A DNA stretch of 64,000 bases from Marmoricola sp. (GCA_035695505.1 DASRRQ010000152.1:13353-77352); one strand, 5' to 3'; shown: positions 27,541 to 37,067, counted from the first letter of the stretch. Notes: generated by a model not told the origin, from the sequence alone. Numbers and translations: made by a program.

Positions 27541-28071
27541 ATGGCCCTCGAACACGCGCTGCTCGTCTCGCTGTCCGAGCGACCCGCTGCCGGGCTCGAG
27601 CTTGCCGGCCGGTTCGATCGGTCGATCGGCTTCTTCTGGAGCGCCACCCACCAGCAGATCTACAAGGTGCTGCGCCGGATGGAGACCGACGGCTGGGTCA
27701 CCGCGCGCACCATCGAGCAGGCGGGTCGGCCCGAGAAGCGGGAGTACTCGGTGACCGATGCCGGACGGGCTGCGCTAGCCGACTGGATCGCCACCACGAC
27801 TCCGCGCGCGGCGTTCCGTAGTGAGATCGCGGTGAAGATGCGTGCTGCGTCGTACGGCGACCGGGATGCGCTGCTGGCCAACCTCGGCGAGCTCGTCGCC
27901 GATCACCGGACCCGGCTCGCGCACTACGAAGCGATGTCGCGGCGCGACTACCCCGAGTCCGACCAGCTCACCGGCCATGACCTCGACACCTACCTGGTGC
28001 TGCGCGGCGGCATCCTCCAGGAGACCTTCTGGATCGCCTGGCTCAACGAATACCTGGAGGCACACGCATGA
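27541..28071 (+). CDS. PadR-family transcriptional regulator
   Basis: MALEHALL, FWSATHQQIY, YSVTDAGR; ATGA overlap with fadH. Confidence 0.9.
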   Translation: MALEHALLVSLSERPAAGLELAGRFDRSIGFFWSATHQQIYKVLRRMETDGWVTARTIEQAGRPEKREYSVTDAGRAALADWIATTTPRAAFRSEIAVKMRAASYGDRDALLANLGELVADHRTRLAHYEAMSRRDYPESDQLTGHDLDTYLVLRGGILQETFWIAWLNEYLEAHA

Positions 28072-30095
28072 CCGACGTCTACCCGCACCTGCTCGCGCCG
28101 CTCACGATCGGCGACCTGACCCTGCGCAACCGCGCGGTGATGGGGTCGATGCACACCGGCCTCGAGGATTTCTTCTGGGACATCCCCAAGCTGGCCGGGT
28201 ACTACCGCGAGCGGGCTGCCGGCGGCGTCGGGCTGATCATCACCGGCGGCTACGCACCCAACAAGCGCGGCTGGCTCAAGCCGTTCGCCTCGGAGATGAC
28301 CACCCGGCTGCAGGCTGCCCGGCACCGCCAGGTCACCGATGCGGTGCACGAGGCCGGCGGAGCGATCGCGATGCAGGTCCTGCATGCCGGCCGCTACGGC
28401 TACACCCCGTTCTCGGTCTCGGCCTCAGCGAAGAAGGCGCCGATCAACCCCTTCACCCCGAGCGCGCTGTCGACCAAGGGCGTCGACCGGACGGTGTCGG
28501 ACTTCGCGCACGCTGCGGGGCTGGCCCAGAAGGCCGGGTACGACGCCGTCGAGATCATGGGCTCCGAGGGCTACCTGATCAACCAGTTCCTGGCCGAGCG
28601 CACCAACGAGCGCACCGACGCGTGGGGCGGTACGCCGACCCGACGGATGCGCTTCCCGGTCGAGATCGTCCGGCGTACCCGGGAGACGGTCGGCGACGGG
28701 TTCCCGATCATCTACCGGCTCTCGCTGCTGGACCTGGTCGAAGGCGGCCAGGTCTGGGACGAGGTCATGGAGCTGGCGTTCCTGATCGAGGACGCCGGCG
28801 CGACCGTGCTCAACACCGGCATCGGCTGGCACGAGGCGCGGGTGCCGACGATCATCACGCAGGTCCCCCGTGGCGCCTGGACCTGGGCGACGGCACGGTT
28901 GAAGAAGGAGGTGGCGATCCCCGTCTGCGCGTCGAACCGGATCAACACCCCGGAGCTCGCCGAGCAGGTCCTCGCCAACGGCACGGCCGACCTCGTCTCG
29001 ATGGCCCGGCCGCTGCTGGCCGATCCCGAGTTCATCAACAAGGCGGCCGCCGAGCGGGCCGACGAGATCAACACCTGCATCGCCTGCAACCAGGCCTGCC
29101 TGGACCACGTGTTCAAGAACAAGCGGGCGTCCTGCCTGGTCAACCCGCGCGCCTGCCACGAGACCGAGCTCGTCCTGCGGCCGACGCTTCGGCCCCGCGA
29201 GGTCGCGGTCGTCGGCGCCGGCCCGGCCGGCCTTTCTGCCGCAGTCTCGCTAGCGGAGACCGGAAACAAGGTGACGCTGTTCGAGAAGAACCCGCATCTC
29301 GGCGGGCAGTTCCGGCTCGCCATGGCCGTCCCCGGCAAGGAGGACTTCGCCGACACGCTGCGCTACTACACCCGCCGGCTCGAGGTGCTCGGGGTCGACG
29401 TACGGGTCTCGACGCAGGCTGACGTCGCGGCGCTGGCCGGGTTCGACGAAGTCGTCATCGCCGCCGGCGTGGTGCCGCGCGTGCCCGCGATCCCCGGGAT
29501 CGAGCACCCCAAGGCCGTCCTGTACTCCGCGCTCCTCGACGGGTCGGTAGTGCCAGGCGCGAAGGTCGCGGTCATCGGCGCTGGCGGTATCGGCGTCGAC
29601 GTCTCGGTGTTCCTGACCCACGACCCCGACGAGACCCTGGCCGAGTGGCTGGCGCACTGGGGCGTCGGCGACCCCGCGGCATCGGATTCATCGGGCGATC
29701 GCGGCGGGCTGACCTACCCGACGGAGCGCCGCCGGATCCGCGAGGTCACGCTGATCCAGCGCAAGACGTCGATGATCGGACGCGACCTGGGCAAGACGTC
29801 TGGCTGGGCCCACCGCTCGGTGCTCAACCAGTCCGGCGTCGCGCTGATCAGCGGTGCGACGTACGACCGGATCGACGACGCCGGGCTGCACCTGACGGTC
29901 GACGGGCGCTCCGAGCTCCTTGAGGTCGACCACGTCATCATCTGCGCCGGCCAGGAATCCGTCCGTGGCCTGTACGACGAGCTCGTCGCCGCCGGCCGCG
30001 GGGACGCCGTCCGGATCATCGGCGGCGCGGACGTCGCCGCCGAGCTGGACGCCAAACGCGCGATCCGCCAGGGCGTGGAGCTCGCCGCCCGTTGA
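28068..30095 (+). CDS. fadH: NADPH-dependent 2,4-dienoyl-CoA reductase
   Basis: MGSMHTGLE, EIMGSEGYLINQF, CIACNQACLDH Fe-S motif, GAGPAG, GKTSGWAHR. Confidence 0.92.
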   Translation: MTDVYPHLLAPLTIGDLTLRNRAVMGSMHTGLEDFFWDIPKLAGYYRERAAGGVGLIITGGYAPNKRGWLKPFASEMTTRLQAARHRQVTDAVHEAGGAIAMQVLHAGRYGYTPFSVSASAKKAPINPFTPSALSTKGVDRTVSDFAHAAGLAQKAGYDAVEIMGSEGYLINQFLAERTNERTDAWGGTPTRRMRFPVEIVRRTRETVGDGFPIIYRLSLLDLVEGGQVWDEVMELAFLIEDAGATVLNTGIGWHEARVPTIITQVPRGAWTWATARLKKEVAIPVCASNRINTPELAEQVLANGTADLVSMARPLLADPEFINKAAAERADEINTCIACNQACLDHVFKNKRASCLVNPRACHETELVLRPTLRPREVAVVGAGPAGLSAAVSLAETGNKVTLFEKNPHLGGQFRLAMAVPGKEDFADTLRYYTRRLEVLGVDVRVSTQADVAALAGFDEVVIAAGVVPRVPAIPGIEHPKAVLYSALLDGSVVPGAKVAVIGAGGIGVDVSVFLTHDPDETLAEWLAHWGVGDPAASDSSGDRGGLTYPTERRRIREVTLIQRKTSMIGRDLGKTSGWAHRSVLNQSGVALISGATYDRIDDAGLHLTVDGRSELLEVDHVIICAGQESVRGLYDELVAAGRGDAVRIIGGADVAAELDAKRAIRQGVELAAR

Positions 30096-30098
30096 ATT

Positions 30099-30165
30099 GA
30101 GATAGTCCCTAGCGACTTACATCGAAAACAGGCCGATCGAGGTGCAACTTGCTAGGGACTATCTC
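30099..30165. terminator. Long stem-loop between convergent fadH and CDF genes (terminator or REP-like)
   Basis: Perfect 15-bp arms GAGATAGTCCCTAGC / GCTAGGGACTATCTC with imperfect inner pairing. Confidence 0.55.
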
Positions 30166-30170
30166 GGTTG

Positions 30171-31109
30171 TCAGGCGTGCTCGGTGTCGTGTTCGTGGTC
30201 GCGGTGGGACTCGGGCTCGACCTGGAACGTGGCGTGGTCGATGCTGAAGTGCTCGGCGACGCAGCCCGTGAGGTCGTCGAGGATGGCGCCGACTCCGCGG
30301 GAAGCGAGGGCCGACTCGGTGACGGTGATGTGCGCGGACAGTGCCGGCATCCCGCTGGTGATCGTCCAGGCATGCAGGTCGTGGACGTCGACGACCCCCT
30401 CGGCGCCGCAGAGATGCTCGCGGATGACCTCGATGTCGATGTCCGTCGGCGTCGCCTCGAGAAGGACGGCGCCGGCCTCGCGGAGCAGCGCCCAGGCCCG
30501 GGGCAGGACCAGCAGTGCGATCACCAGCGAGGCGATCGAGTCGGCGCGGTCGAAGCCGGTGGTCAAAACCAGGACGCCGGCAACGATCGCGGCCACCGAG
30601 CCGAAGGCGTCGCTGAGCACCTCGAGGTACGCCGCCCGCATGTTCAGCGAGCTGCCTTGCCGCCGGCTCAGCACCGCGACCGCGAGCAGGTTCGCCGCCA
30701 GGCCGATCGCCGCGAACACCAGCAGCCGGCCGGCGTCGACATCGGTCGGATCGAACAGCCGGCGGGTCCCGGCGTACGCCAGGTAGCCGCAGAGGGCGAT
30801 CAGCACCAGCGCGTTCACGACCGCAGCCAGGATCTCGGCGCGGTGGTTGCCGAACGTACGCCGAGGGCTCGGCGGCCGCGTGGCGATCAGCGAGGCGCAC
30901 AACGCGATCACGATCCCCGCCGCATCGGTGAGCAGGTGGCCCGCATCAGCGAGCAGCGCCAGCGACCCGCTCCACCAAGCGCCGAGCGCCTCGACCACCA
31001 CGACACTCGACGTGATCGCGAGCACCAGGGCGAGGCGGCGGCGGTCTTCCGCACGGCCGGACGCGTGGCCGGACGTGTGCCCACCATCGTGCGAGTGTCC
31101 GGCGCCCAT
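30171..31109 (-). CDS. Cation diffusion facilitator (CzcD/ZitB-like Zn/Co/Cd efflux)
   Basis: His-rich N-terminus, SLALLADAGHLLTD, VHDLHAWTITSG, HATFQVE. Confidence 0.92.
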   Translation of the reverse strand: MGAGHSHDGGHTSGHASGRAEDRRRLALVLAITSSVVVVEALGAWWSGSLALLADAGHLLTDAAGIVIALCASLIATRPPSPRRTFGNHRAEILAAVVNALVLIALCGYLAYAGTRRLFDPTDVDAGRLLVFAAIGLAANLLAVAVLSRRQGSSLNMRAAYLEVLSDAFGSVAAIVAGVLVLTTGFDRADSIASLVIALLVLPRAWALLREAGAVLLEATPTDIDIEVIREHLCGAEGVVDVHDLHAWTITSGMPALSAHITVTESALASRGVGAILDDLTGCVAEHFSIDHATFQVEPESHRDHEHDTEHA

Positions 31110-31145
31110 GGACACAGGATAGGGAGGCGGGACTACGGTTCAGGC

Positions 31146-31682
31146 GTGGACGAGCTGCCGATCACCGGGATCGTGATCCCGGTCGTCGAGGCCGATCGGT
31201 TGATCGGCTCGCGGACCACCGCCGGGACGCTGCGCCGACTGCCCGGCGTGGGCGTCGTACCGGCCCACATCACGCTGCTGGCGCCGTTCCTGCCCGAGGA
31301 GCAGATCGACGCGAGCATCTGGGACGAGCTGGCGCGCTTCTTCGCCGATGTCACGCCGTTCACCTTCGAGCTCGGCGAGATCTGCTCCTTCCCCGGCGGA
31401 GTGACCTATCTCGCGCCGGAGCCGTCAGCGGCGTTCCGCCGGATGACGCTGGAGCTGCACCGGGTGTTCCCCGAGTTCCCGCCGTACGGCGGAGCGTTTG
31501 ACGATGTCGTGCCGCACCTGACCGTGGCTTTGGTCGACGGCGAGGACGCGGACTCGCTCGCGACCAGCCTCGCACCCGGCCTGCCGCTCTCGGTGCTCGC
31601 CTCGGAGGCAGCGCTGTTCGTCACCGACGACGACGGCACCCGCGTCCTCGGCACGCTGGCCTTCGGGACCACGGCCGCGTGA
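31146..31682 (+). CDS. 2H phosphoesterase (2'-5' RNA ligase family)
   Basis: Two HxT motifs (AHITL, PHLTV); TACGGT-N6-GTG. Confidence 0.8.
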   Translation: MDELPITGIVIPVVEADRLIGSRTTAGTLRRLPGVGVVPAHITLLAPFLPEEQIDASIWDELARFFADVTPFTFELGEICSFPGGVTYLAPEPSAAFRRMTLELHRVFPEFPPYGGAFDDVVPHLTVALVDGEDADSLATSLAPGLPLSVLASEAALFVTDDDGTRVLGTLAFGTTAA

Positions 31683-31695
31683 GCATCGAGTCCAG

Positions 31696-32373
31696 ATGAG
31701 CATCGAGGTACGGCGGGCACTCGACCGCTTCGAGACCCGGAGCGACGGCATCGTCACGCGGCACTCCTTCTCCTTCGGCCCCTTCTACGACCCCGGCAAC
31801 CTCGGCTTCTCCGCGATGAGCGCGTTCAACGACGAGAACCTTCAGGCCGGCAGCGGCTATCCCGACCACCAACACCGCGACACCGAGATCGTGACCTGGG
31901 TGCTGGAAGGGTCGCTGGTGCACACCGACGGCGACGGACGATCGGTGCATCTCGGTGCTGGCGACGTCCAGCGGATCAGCGCCGGTGACGGCATCGTGCA
32001 TGCCGAGATCGCCGAGCCCGGCGCGAGCACCCGCTTCCTGCAGACCTGGCTGCGGCCCGACGAGCCGGGAGGCGCCCCGGCGTACGGCGTCGAGGGCGAG
32101 CTGGGCACCGGGCCCGGCCTGACCGAGGTGATCGGACCGCATGGCCTGCGGGTCCGGACCGCGGGGGCACGGCTGCTGCTCGGCCACTGCGAGCCGGGGC
32201 AGATCGCGCTGCCCGAGGCCGCCCGGATGCACGTCTTCGTCGTCGACGGCCGGGTCGTCGTGGGCGACCGGGTCCTCGACGCGGACGACGCTGCCCGGCT
32301 CAGCGACCAGGGCGGGCGTGATCTGGTGATCGAGGAGCCCGCCGTACTCGCGGTCTGGGCCTTCTCAGTATGA
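31696..32373 (+). CDS. Pirin-family protein
   Basis: HSFSFG, HQHRDTEIVTWVLEG, SAGDGIVHAE, FLQTW. Confidence 0.88.
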   Translation: MSIEVRRALDRFETRSDGIVTRHSFSFGPFYDPGNLGFSAMSAFNDENLQAGSGYPDHQHRDTEIVTWVLEGSLVHTDGDGRSVHLGAGDVQRISAGDGIVHAEIAEPGASTRFLQTWLRPDEPGGAPAYGVEGELGTGPGLTEVIGPHGLRVRTAGARLLLGHCEPGQIALPEAARMHVFVVDGRVVVGDRVLDADDAARLSDQGGRDLVIEEPAVLAVWAFSV

Positions 32374-32431
32374 GGCCCCCCGATGGCCGGTATCGTTCGG
32401 CGCAGCACACCGACCTCAGGAGAACGCAGCA

Positions 32432-33208
32432 GTGAGTACCAGCACCGATCGCCGTTCCCTCCGGCTGGCAGAGCACGCGAAGGTCGCACTCCGCTCGGCC
32501 CTGCACAAGCGGAACCTCGACCTGGTGCGGAACCCGTTCCCGGTCCAGGTCGCGACCGCCCTGAAGGCCCTCGATCTCGGCACGGCGCTCGACGTCGGCG
32601 CCAACATCGGCCAGTACGGCGCCGCCCTGCGTGCCAGCGGCTTCCGCGGCCGGATCATCTCGTGCGAGCCGCTCAGCGACGCCTTCCCACACCTGGCCAA
32701 GCGCGCAGCCAGTGACTCGTCGTGGACGGTCCTGAACACCGCCGTCGGCACCGAGCCTGGCGAGATCGAGATCAACGTCTCGGAGAACTCCTACTCGTCC
32801 TCGATCCTCCCGATGACTGACGCGCACAGCCTGGCCGCCCCCGGCTCGAGCTACATCCGGTCGGAGAAGGTCGCGATGACCACCGTCGCGGAGATCCTCA
32901 CCAAGCAGGGCGTGGATCCGAAGCGAACACTGCTCAAGATCGACACCCAGGGCTACGAGGGAGCCGTCCTCGACGGCGCCGGTGACCGGCTCGGTGAGTT
33001 CGCCGCCGTCCAACTCGAGCTCTCGATGGTGCCGCTGTACGACGGCCAGCCGCTGTTCACCGACCTGCTGCCGCGGATGGAGCAGGCCGGCTTCGGCATC
33101 TTCGCTCTCGACGGCGGTTTCAGCGACCCGCGCACCGGCCGGATGCTCCAGTGCGACGGGTTCTTCGTCCGCAATGACCTGATGCCCGCGGACTCCGGGA
33201 AGTTCTGA
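32432..33208 (+). CDS. FkbM-family methyltransferase
   Basis: LDVGANIGQY, EP, LLKIDTQGYE. Confidence 0.88.
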   Translation: MSTSTDRRSLRLAEHAKVALRSALHKRNLDLVRNPFPVQVATALKALDLGTALDVGANIGQYGAALRASGFRGRIISCEPLSDAFPHLAKRAASDSSWTVLNTAVGTEPGEIEINVSENSYSSSILPMTDAHSLAAPGSSYIRSEKVAMTTVAEILTKQGVDPKRTLLKIDTQGYEGAVLDGAGDRLGEFAAVQLELSMVPLYDGQPLFTDLLPRMEQAGFGIFALDGGFSDPRTGRMLQCDGFFVRNDLMPADSGKF

Positions 33209-33213
33209 TCTGA

Positions 33214-33241
33214 CGAATTCACCGGGTCCCCGGTGAATTCG
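33214..33241. terminator. Hairpin between convergent genes
   Basis: CGAATTCACCGG-gtcc-CCGGTGAATTCG, a perfect 12-bp stem. Confidence 0.6.
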
Positions 33242-33248
33242 ACGCTGG

Positions 33249-34835
33249 TCAGGGGATCAGGACACCGGGGTTCAGCACGCCGGTCGGGTCCAGCTCGGCC
33301 TTCACCGCACGCAGGATCTGCACGCCCACCGGGCCGATCTCCTCGGCCAGCCACGGTTTGTGGTCGCGGCCGACGGCGTGGTGATGGGTGATCGAGGCAC
33401 CGTTGTGCACCATCGCTGCCGAGACCGCAGCCTTCGCCGCGAGCCACTGGGACAACGCGTCGTCCTCCGCCTTCGCCGCGACGGTGAAGTACAGCGAGGC
33501 TCCGGTCTCGTAGACGTGCGAGATGTGGCAGAGCACCAGGCTGCCGTCGCCGAGCGAAGCGGTGACGGCGTCCTTGACGCTGGTGTACACGTGGTCGAGG
33601 TTCGACCAGAAGGTGACGGTCTCCATCGTCTCGACCAGGACCCCGACGTCGAGCAGCGAGTCACGCAGGTAGGGGCCGTGGAACCGGCCCTCGGCCCAGG
33701 CCCGGCCGCCCTCGGTCCCGAGGCTGGCGCCGCCCAGGCCGACGAGCAGCGCGGAGACAGCGGCCCGCTTCGCCTCGACGGACGCGGCGGTGCCCTCGTA
33801 CCCGGTGATCATCAGGCAGCCGCCGGCAGTCTCGCCGCCGACGTCGGCCGGCTTGGCCAGGTTGATGGCCGTCTCGTTCTCATCCGAGAGCCGGAGCACG
33901 GTCGGCAGAATGCCGGCCTGCACCAAGGTGCGCATCGCGGCTGCACCGTCGACGAAGGTCTCGAACCGCCACGACTCGAAGGCCTTGGCGACCGGGATCG
34001 GACGGACCCGGGCCTTGACCGCGGTGACGACGCCGAAGGTCCCCTCCGAGCCCATCACCAGCTCGCGCAGGTCGGGGCCGGCGGCGTTCGACGGCGAGCT
34101 GCCGAGCTCGAGCGTGCCCTGCGGCGTGGCCACCGTCAGGCCGACGACCAGCGAGTCGAACCGGCCGTACCCGGCTGAGGACTGACCCGACGAGCGGGTG
34201 ACTGCGAAGCCGCCGATCGAGGCGTACTCGAAGGACTGCGGGTAGTGGCCGAGCGTTACTCCTTCGGCCTGCAACAGCGCCTCGGCCTGGGGGCCGCGCA
34301 GGCCCGGCTCGAGGATCGCCGTCATCGAGGTGTGGTCGACCTCCACCAGCTTGTCGAAACGGATCAGGTCGAGCGAGACGACTCCGGCGAAGCCGTCACG
34401 TTGGGCAGCCAGGCCGCCGACGACCGACGTACCGCCGCCGAAGGGGACCAGAGCAACGTGGCGGCGTACGCACCAGTCCATGACGCCGACGACCTGGCCA
34501 TGGTCGGCGGGGCGTACGACGGCGTCGGGTGAGTCCGACCCGTCACCGGCGCGCAACTTGAGCAGGTCAGGTGTGGACTTGCCGCGGGTCCGGTGCAGGC
34601 GGGTCTCGTGGTCGGTCAGCACGTGCTCGGCGCCGACGATCGCAGCGAGCTCGGCAACCAGGGTGTCGTCGAGCGGTGCGCTCAGAACGACATCGGCTTC
34701 GGCCACCGCGGGAGTGTCGCGGGTGCCGATGAAGGAGTCGACCAGCGTGAAGGCGCTCTCGGCGAGCGGACCGGCCTGGGTCGGGTCGCCCCACCGGGAC
34801 CAGTGCATCTCGGGAGCGTGCGGGTGAGAGGTCAT
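33249..34835 (-). CDS. FAD-binding oxidoreductase, alkyl-DHAP synthase-like (VAO family)
   Basis: PFGGGTSVVGG, GHYPQSF, TRSSGQ, GSEGTFG, CHISH, THHHAVG. Confidence 0.88.
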   Translation of the reverse strand: MTSHPHAPEMHWSRWGDPTQAGPLAESAFTLVDSFIGTRDTPAVAEADVVLSAPLDDTLVAELAAIVGAEHVLTDHETRLHRTRGKSTPDLLKLRAGDGSDSPDAVVRPADHGQVVGVMDWCVRRHVALVPFGGGTSVVGGLAAQRDGFAGVVSLDLIRFDKLVEVDHTSMTAILEPGLRGPQAEALLQAEGVTLGHYPQSFEYASIGGFAVTRSSGQSSAGYGRFDSLVVGLTVATPQGTLELGSSPSNAAGPDLRELVMGSEGTFGVVTAVKARVRPIPVAKAFESWRFETFVDGAAAMRTLVQAGILPTVLRLSDENETAINLAKPADVGGETAGGCLMITGYEGTAASVEAKRAAVSALLVGLGGASLGTEGGRAWAEGRFHGPYLRDSLLDVGVLVETMETVTFWSNLDHVYTSVKDAVTASLGDGSLVLCHISHVYETGASLYFTVAAKAEDDALSQWLAAKAAVSAAMVHNGASITHHHAVGRDHKPWLAEEIGPVGVQILRAVKAELDPTGVLNPGVLIP

Positions 34836-34836
34836 G

Positions 34837-34871
34837 TGTTACAGTGTTACATATGACGTCACGTTGTAACA
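34837..34871. promoter_or_regulatory. TGTTACA direct and inverted repeats in the divergent promoter, probable TetR operator
   Basis: TGTTACA at 34837 and 34845, inverted TGTAACA at 34865. Confidence 0.6.
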
Positions 34872-34887
34872 AGCCTGAGGCGCTCCG

Positions 34888-35469
34888 GTGAGTACGGCGA
34901 CCGCCCAGCCGACCTCCGAGGACCTCGCGCTCGACGCGGCCCGGGAGTCGATCCTCGCCGTCGGTTGGAGCCGGACGACACTGACAGACATCGCCCGCCG
35001 GGCCGGCCTGTCCCGGATGACGCTCTACCGACGCTGGCCCGAGATGAACGCACTGCTAGCCGACCTGATGACCCGCGAATGGGCCGAGCTGGTCCGGATC
35101 GCCCCGGCAGGAAGGGGCAACCACCTCGAGCGGCTGGCCGAGGGAGCGATGCACACCGTCGCCGCGCTGCGCGAGAACGAGCTCTTCACCCGGATCATCG
35201 AATTGGATCCCGAGATGGTGCTGCCTTATCTGCTCGATCGGCCCGGCCGGTCCCAAGAGCTGGTGCTCGGCATCCTCGCTATCGAGATCGAGGCGGGCCA
35301 GAAGGCCGGCGAGATCCGGCACGGCAAGCCCGCGCTGCTGGCTAGGTCCCTGGTGCTGGCAGCGCACGGTTTCACGTTCTCGACCCAGACCATGGTCGAC
35401 GACGATGTCACCGCAGCGGAGCTCGACCGTGAGCTCGGCCGGCTCGTGGAGAGGTATCTGGCGCCATGA
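34888..35469 (+). CDS. TetR-family transcriptional regulator
   Basis: HTH TTLTDIARRAGLSRMTLYRRW. Confidence 0.9.
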   Translation: MSTATAQPTSEDLALDAARESILAVGWSRTTLTDIARRAGLSRMTLYRRWPEMNALLADLMTREWAELVRIAPAGRGNHLERLAEGAMHTVAALRENELFTRIIELDPEMVLPYLLDRPGRSQELVLGILAIEIEAGQKAGEIRHGKPALLARSLVLAAHGFTFSTQTMVDDDVTAAELDRELGRLVERYLAP

Positions 35470-37001
35470 CTCCCCAGATCCGCGCGACCGACGACGGCCG
35501 GATCACCGCCGGCAGCGCCGGCATCCCGGAGACCACCGAGGTGCTCGTGATCGGGCTCGGCGTGACCGGTGCCGGGGTCGCCCTGGATGCTCGGACCCGC
35601 GGGCTCGACGTCGTCGCCGTCGACGCGTTCGACGTTGCCTGGGGGACGTCGCGGTTCAGCTCCAAGCTGGTCCACGGCGGGTTGCGCTACCTGGCTAAGG
35701 GCCAGGTCGGCATCGCCCACGAGAGCGCGGTCGAGCGCGGCATCCTGATGGAGTCCACCGCCCCGCACTTGGTGCACGCACTGCCGATGGTGATGCCGTT
35801 GACCGACGACGTGAGCGCGTTCGCCGCGTTCCTCGGACGCCGTGGCGTCGGCGCCGGGGATCTCCTCCGCAGGGTCGCCAGGACCAGTCGCGAGACGCTG
35901 CCCAAGCCGCGCCGGATCAGTGCGACGGAGACGCGTGCCCTGGCGCCGGTGGCACGGCACGACGTCCGCGGCGGCGTGCTGTCCTGGGACGGCCAGCTCG
36001 AGGACGACGCCCGGCTGGTGCTCGGGATCGCGCGCACTGCGGCGGCGTACGGCGCCCGGATCCACACGCGCACCCGGGTCGTCGAGACGACCGGCACCAG
36101 GGCCGTGCTCCGTGACGAGCTCACCGGCGAGGAGCGCACGATCAGAGCCAAGGTCGTCATCAACGCTGCCGGTGTCTGGGCGGGGCAGGTCGTCCCGGGC
36201 ATCACCCTCAAGCCGAGTCGCGGCAGCCACCTGGTGCTGCGCGCCAGCAGCCTGCCCGGCGTACGGTGCGCGATCATGGCGCCGGTCCCGGGGTCATCGA
36301 ACCGGTTCGTGTTCGCCCTGCCCCAGCCGGACGGCACCTTCTACGTCGGCTTGACCGACGAAGAGGTGTCCGGCGAGATCCCGGACGTCCCGAGCGTGCC
36401 GGACGAGGACGTCGTGTTCCTGCTCGATGTGGTCTCCCGGGTGCTGGAGCGACCGATCACCCGCGAGGACATCGTCGGCTCGTACGCCGGCCTGCGACCG
36501 TTGCTCGACAGCGACGGATCGACCGCCGACCTGTCCCGCAAGCACACCGTCCTGACCTCGGAGACGGGCGTCATCACCATCGTCGGCGGCAAGCTCACGA
36601 CCTACCGCCGGATGGCCGCTGACGCCGTCGACGCGGCGGTCGCCCATGCGTCCCTGCCCGCACAGCCGTGCCAAACGAAGGCACTGCCACTGCTGGGCGC
36701 CGGTGCGGGCCGGAGCGCCGCACCTGCTCGCCTCGTACGCCGCTTCGGCACCGAGGCGCCGGCCGTTCTCGCGAACGCGGTCGCGCACGGGCTCACCGAG
36801 GCCGAGGCCTTGGCGCCGGTCAGTGACCAGATCCCGGCCACGCTCGCCGAGTTCGTCTTCGGGATCACCCATGAAGGCGCGGCCGACGTCGACGACCTGC
36901 TGGACCGGCGTACCCGGATCGGGCTGGTGCCGGCTGACCGCGCCGTGGCCGAGCCCCTGGCGCAGCGGGCGTTCGCGGTGGTCAGGTCGCCGGTCGCCTG
37001 A
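35466..37001 (+). CDS. glpD: Glycerol-3-phosphate dehydrogenase/oxidase
   Basis: GLGVTG, GTSRFSSKLVHGGLRYL, DDARL, YAGLRPL, GGKLTTYR. Confidence 0.88.
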   Translation: MTPQIRATDDGRITAGSAGIPETTEVLVIGLGVTGAGVALDARTRGLDVVAVDAFDVAWGTSRFSSKLVHGGLRYLAKGQVGIAHESAVERGILMESTAPHLVHALPMVMPLTDDVSAFAAFLGRRGVGAGDLLRRVARTSRETLPKPRRISATETRALAPVARHDVRGGVLSWDGQLEDDARLVLGIARTAAAYGARIHTRTRVVETTGTRAVLRDELTGEERTIRAKVVINAAGVWAGQVVPGITLKPSRGSHLVLRASSLPGVRCAIMAPVPGSSNRFVFALPQPDGTFYVGLTDEEVSGEIPDVPSVPDEDVVFLLDVVSRVLERPITREDIVGSYAGLRPLLDSDGSTADLSRKHTVLTSETGVITIVGGKLTTYRRMAADAVDAAVAHASLPAQPCQTKALPLLGAGAGRSAAPARLVRRFGTEAPAVLANAVAHGLTEAEALAPVSDQIPATLAEFVFGITHEGAADVDDLLDRRTRIGLVPADRAVAEPLAQRAFAVVRSPVA

Positions 37002-37067
37002 CACGAGGCCCGATTCAAGTGCCCACAACACCGAACTCAACTGACCACGAGGCCCAACTCAACGGGC
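37002..37067. repeat. Degenerate 22-bp tandem repeat x3 filling a convergent intergenic gap
   Basis: CACGAGGCCCGATTCAAGTGCC / CACAACACCGAACTCAACTGAC / CACGAGGCCCAACTCAACGGGC. Confidence 0.65.

Noticed and set aside
30168-31145. N-terminal extension of the 2H phosphoesterase ORF (504 aa)
   Set aside because: Antisense to the CDF gene; a TACGGT-N6-GTG start at 31146 fits the domain boundary.
31146-31682. Anti-CBASS or defence role for the 2H phosphoesterase
   Set aside because: Housekeeping context with no phage or defence genes; 2H proteins are widespread.
37002-37067. Possible CRISPR or iteron array
   Set aside because: Only three degenerate contiguous units, no unique spacers, and no rep or cas gene nearby.
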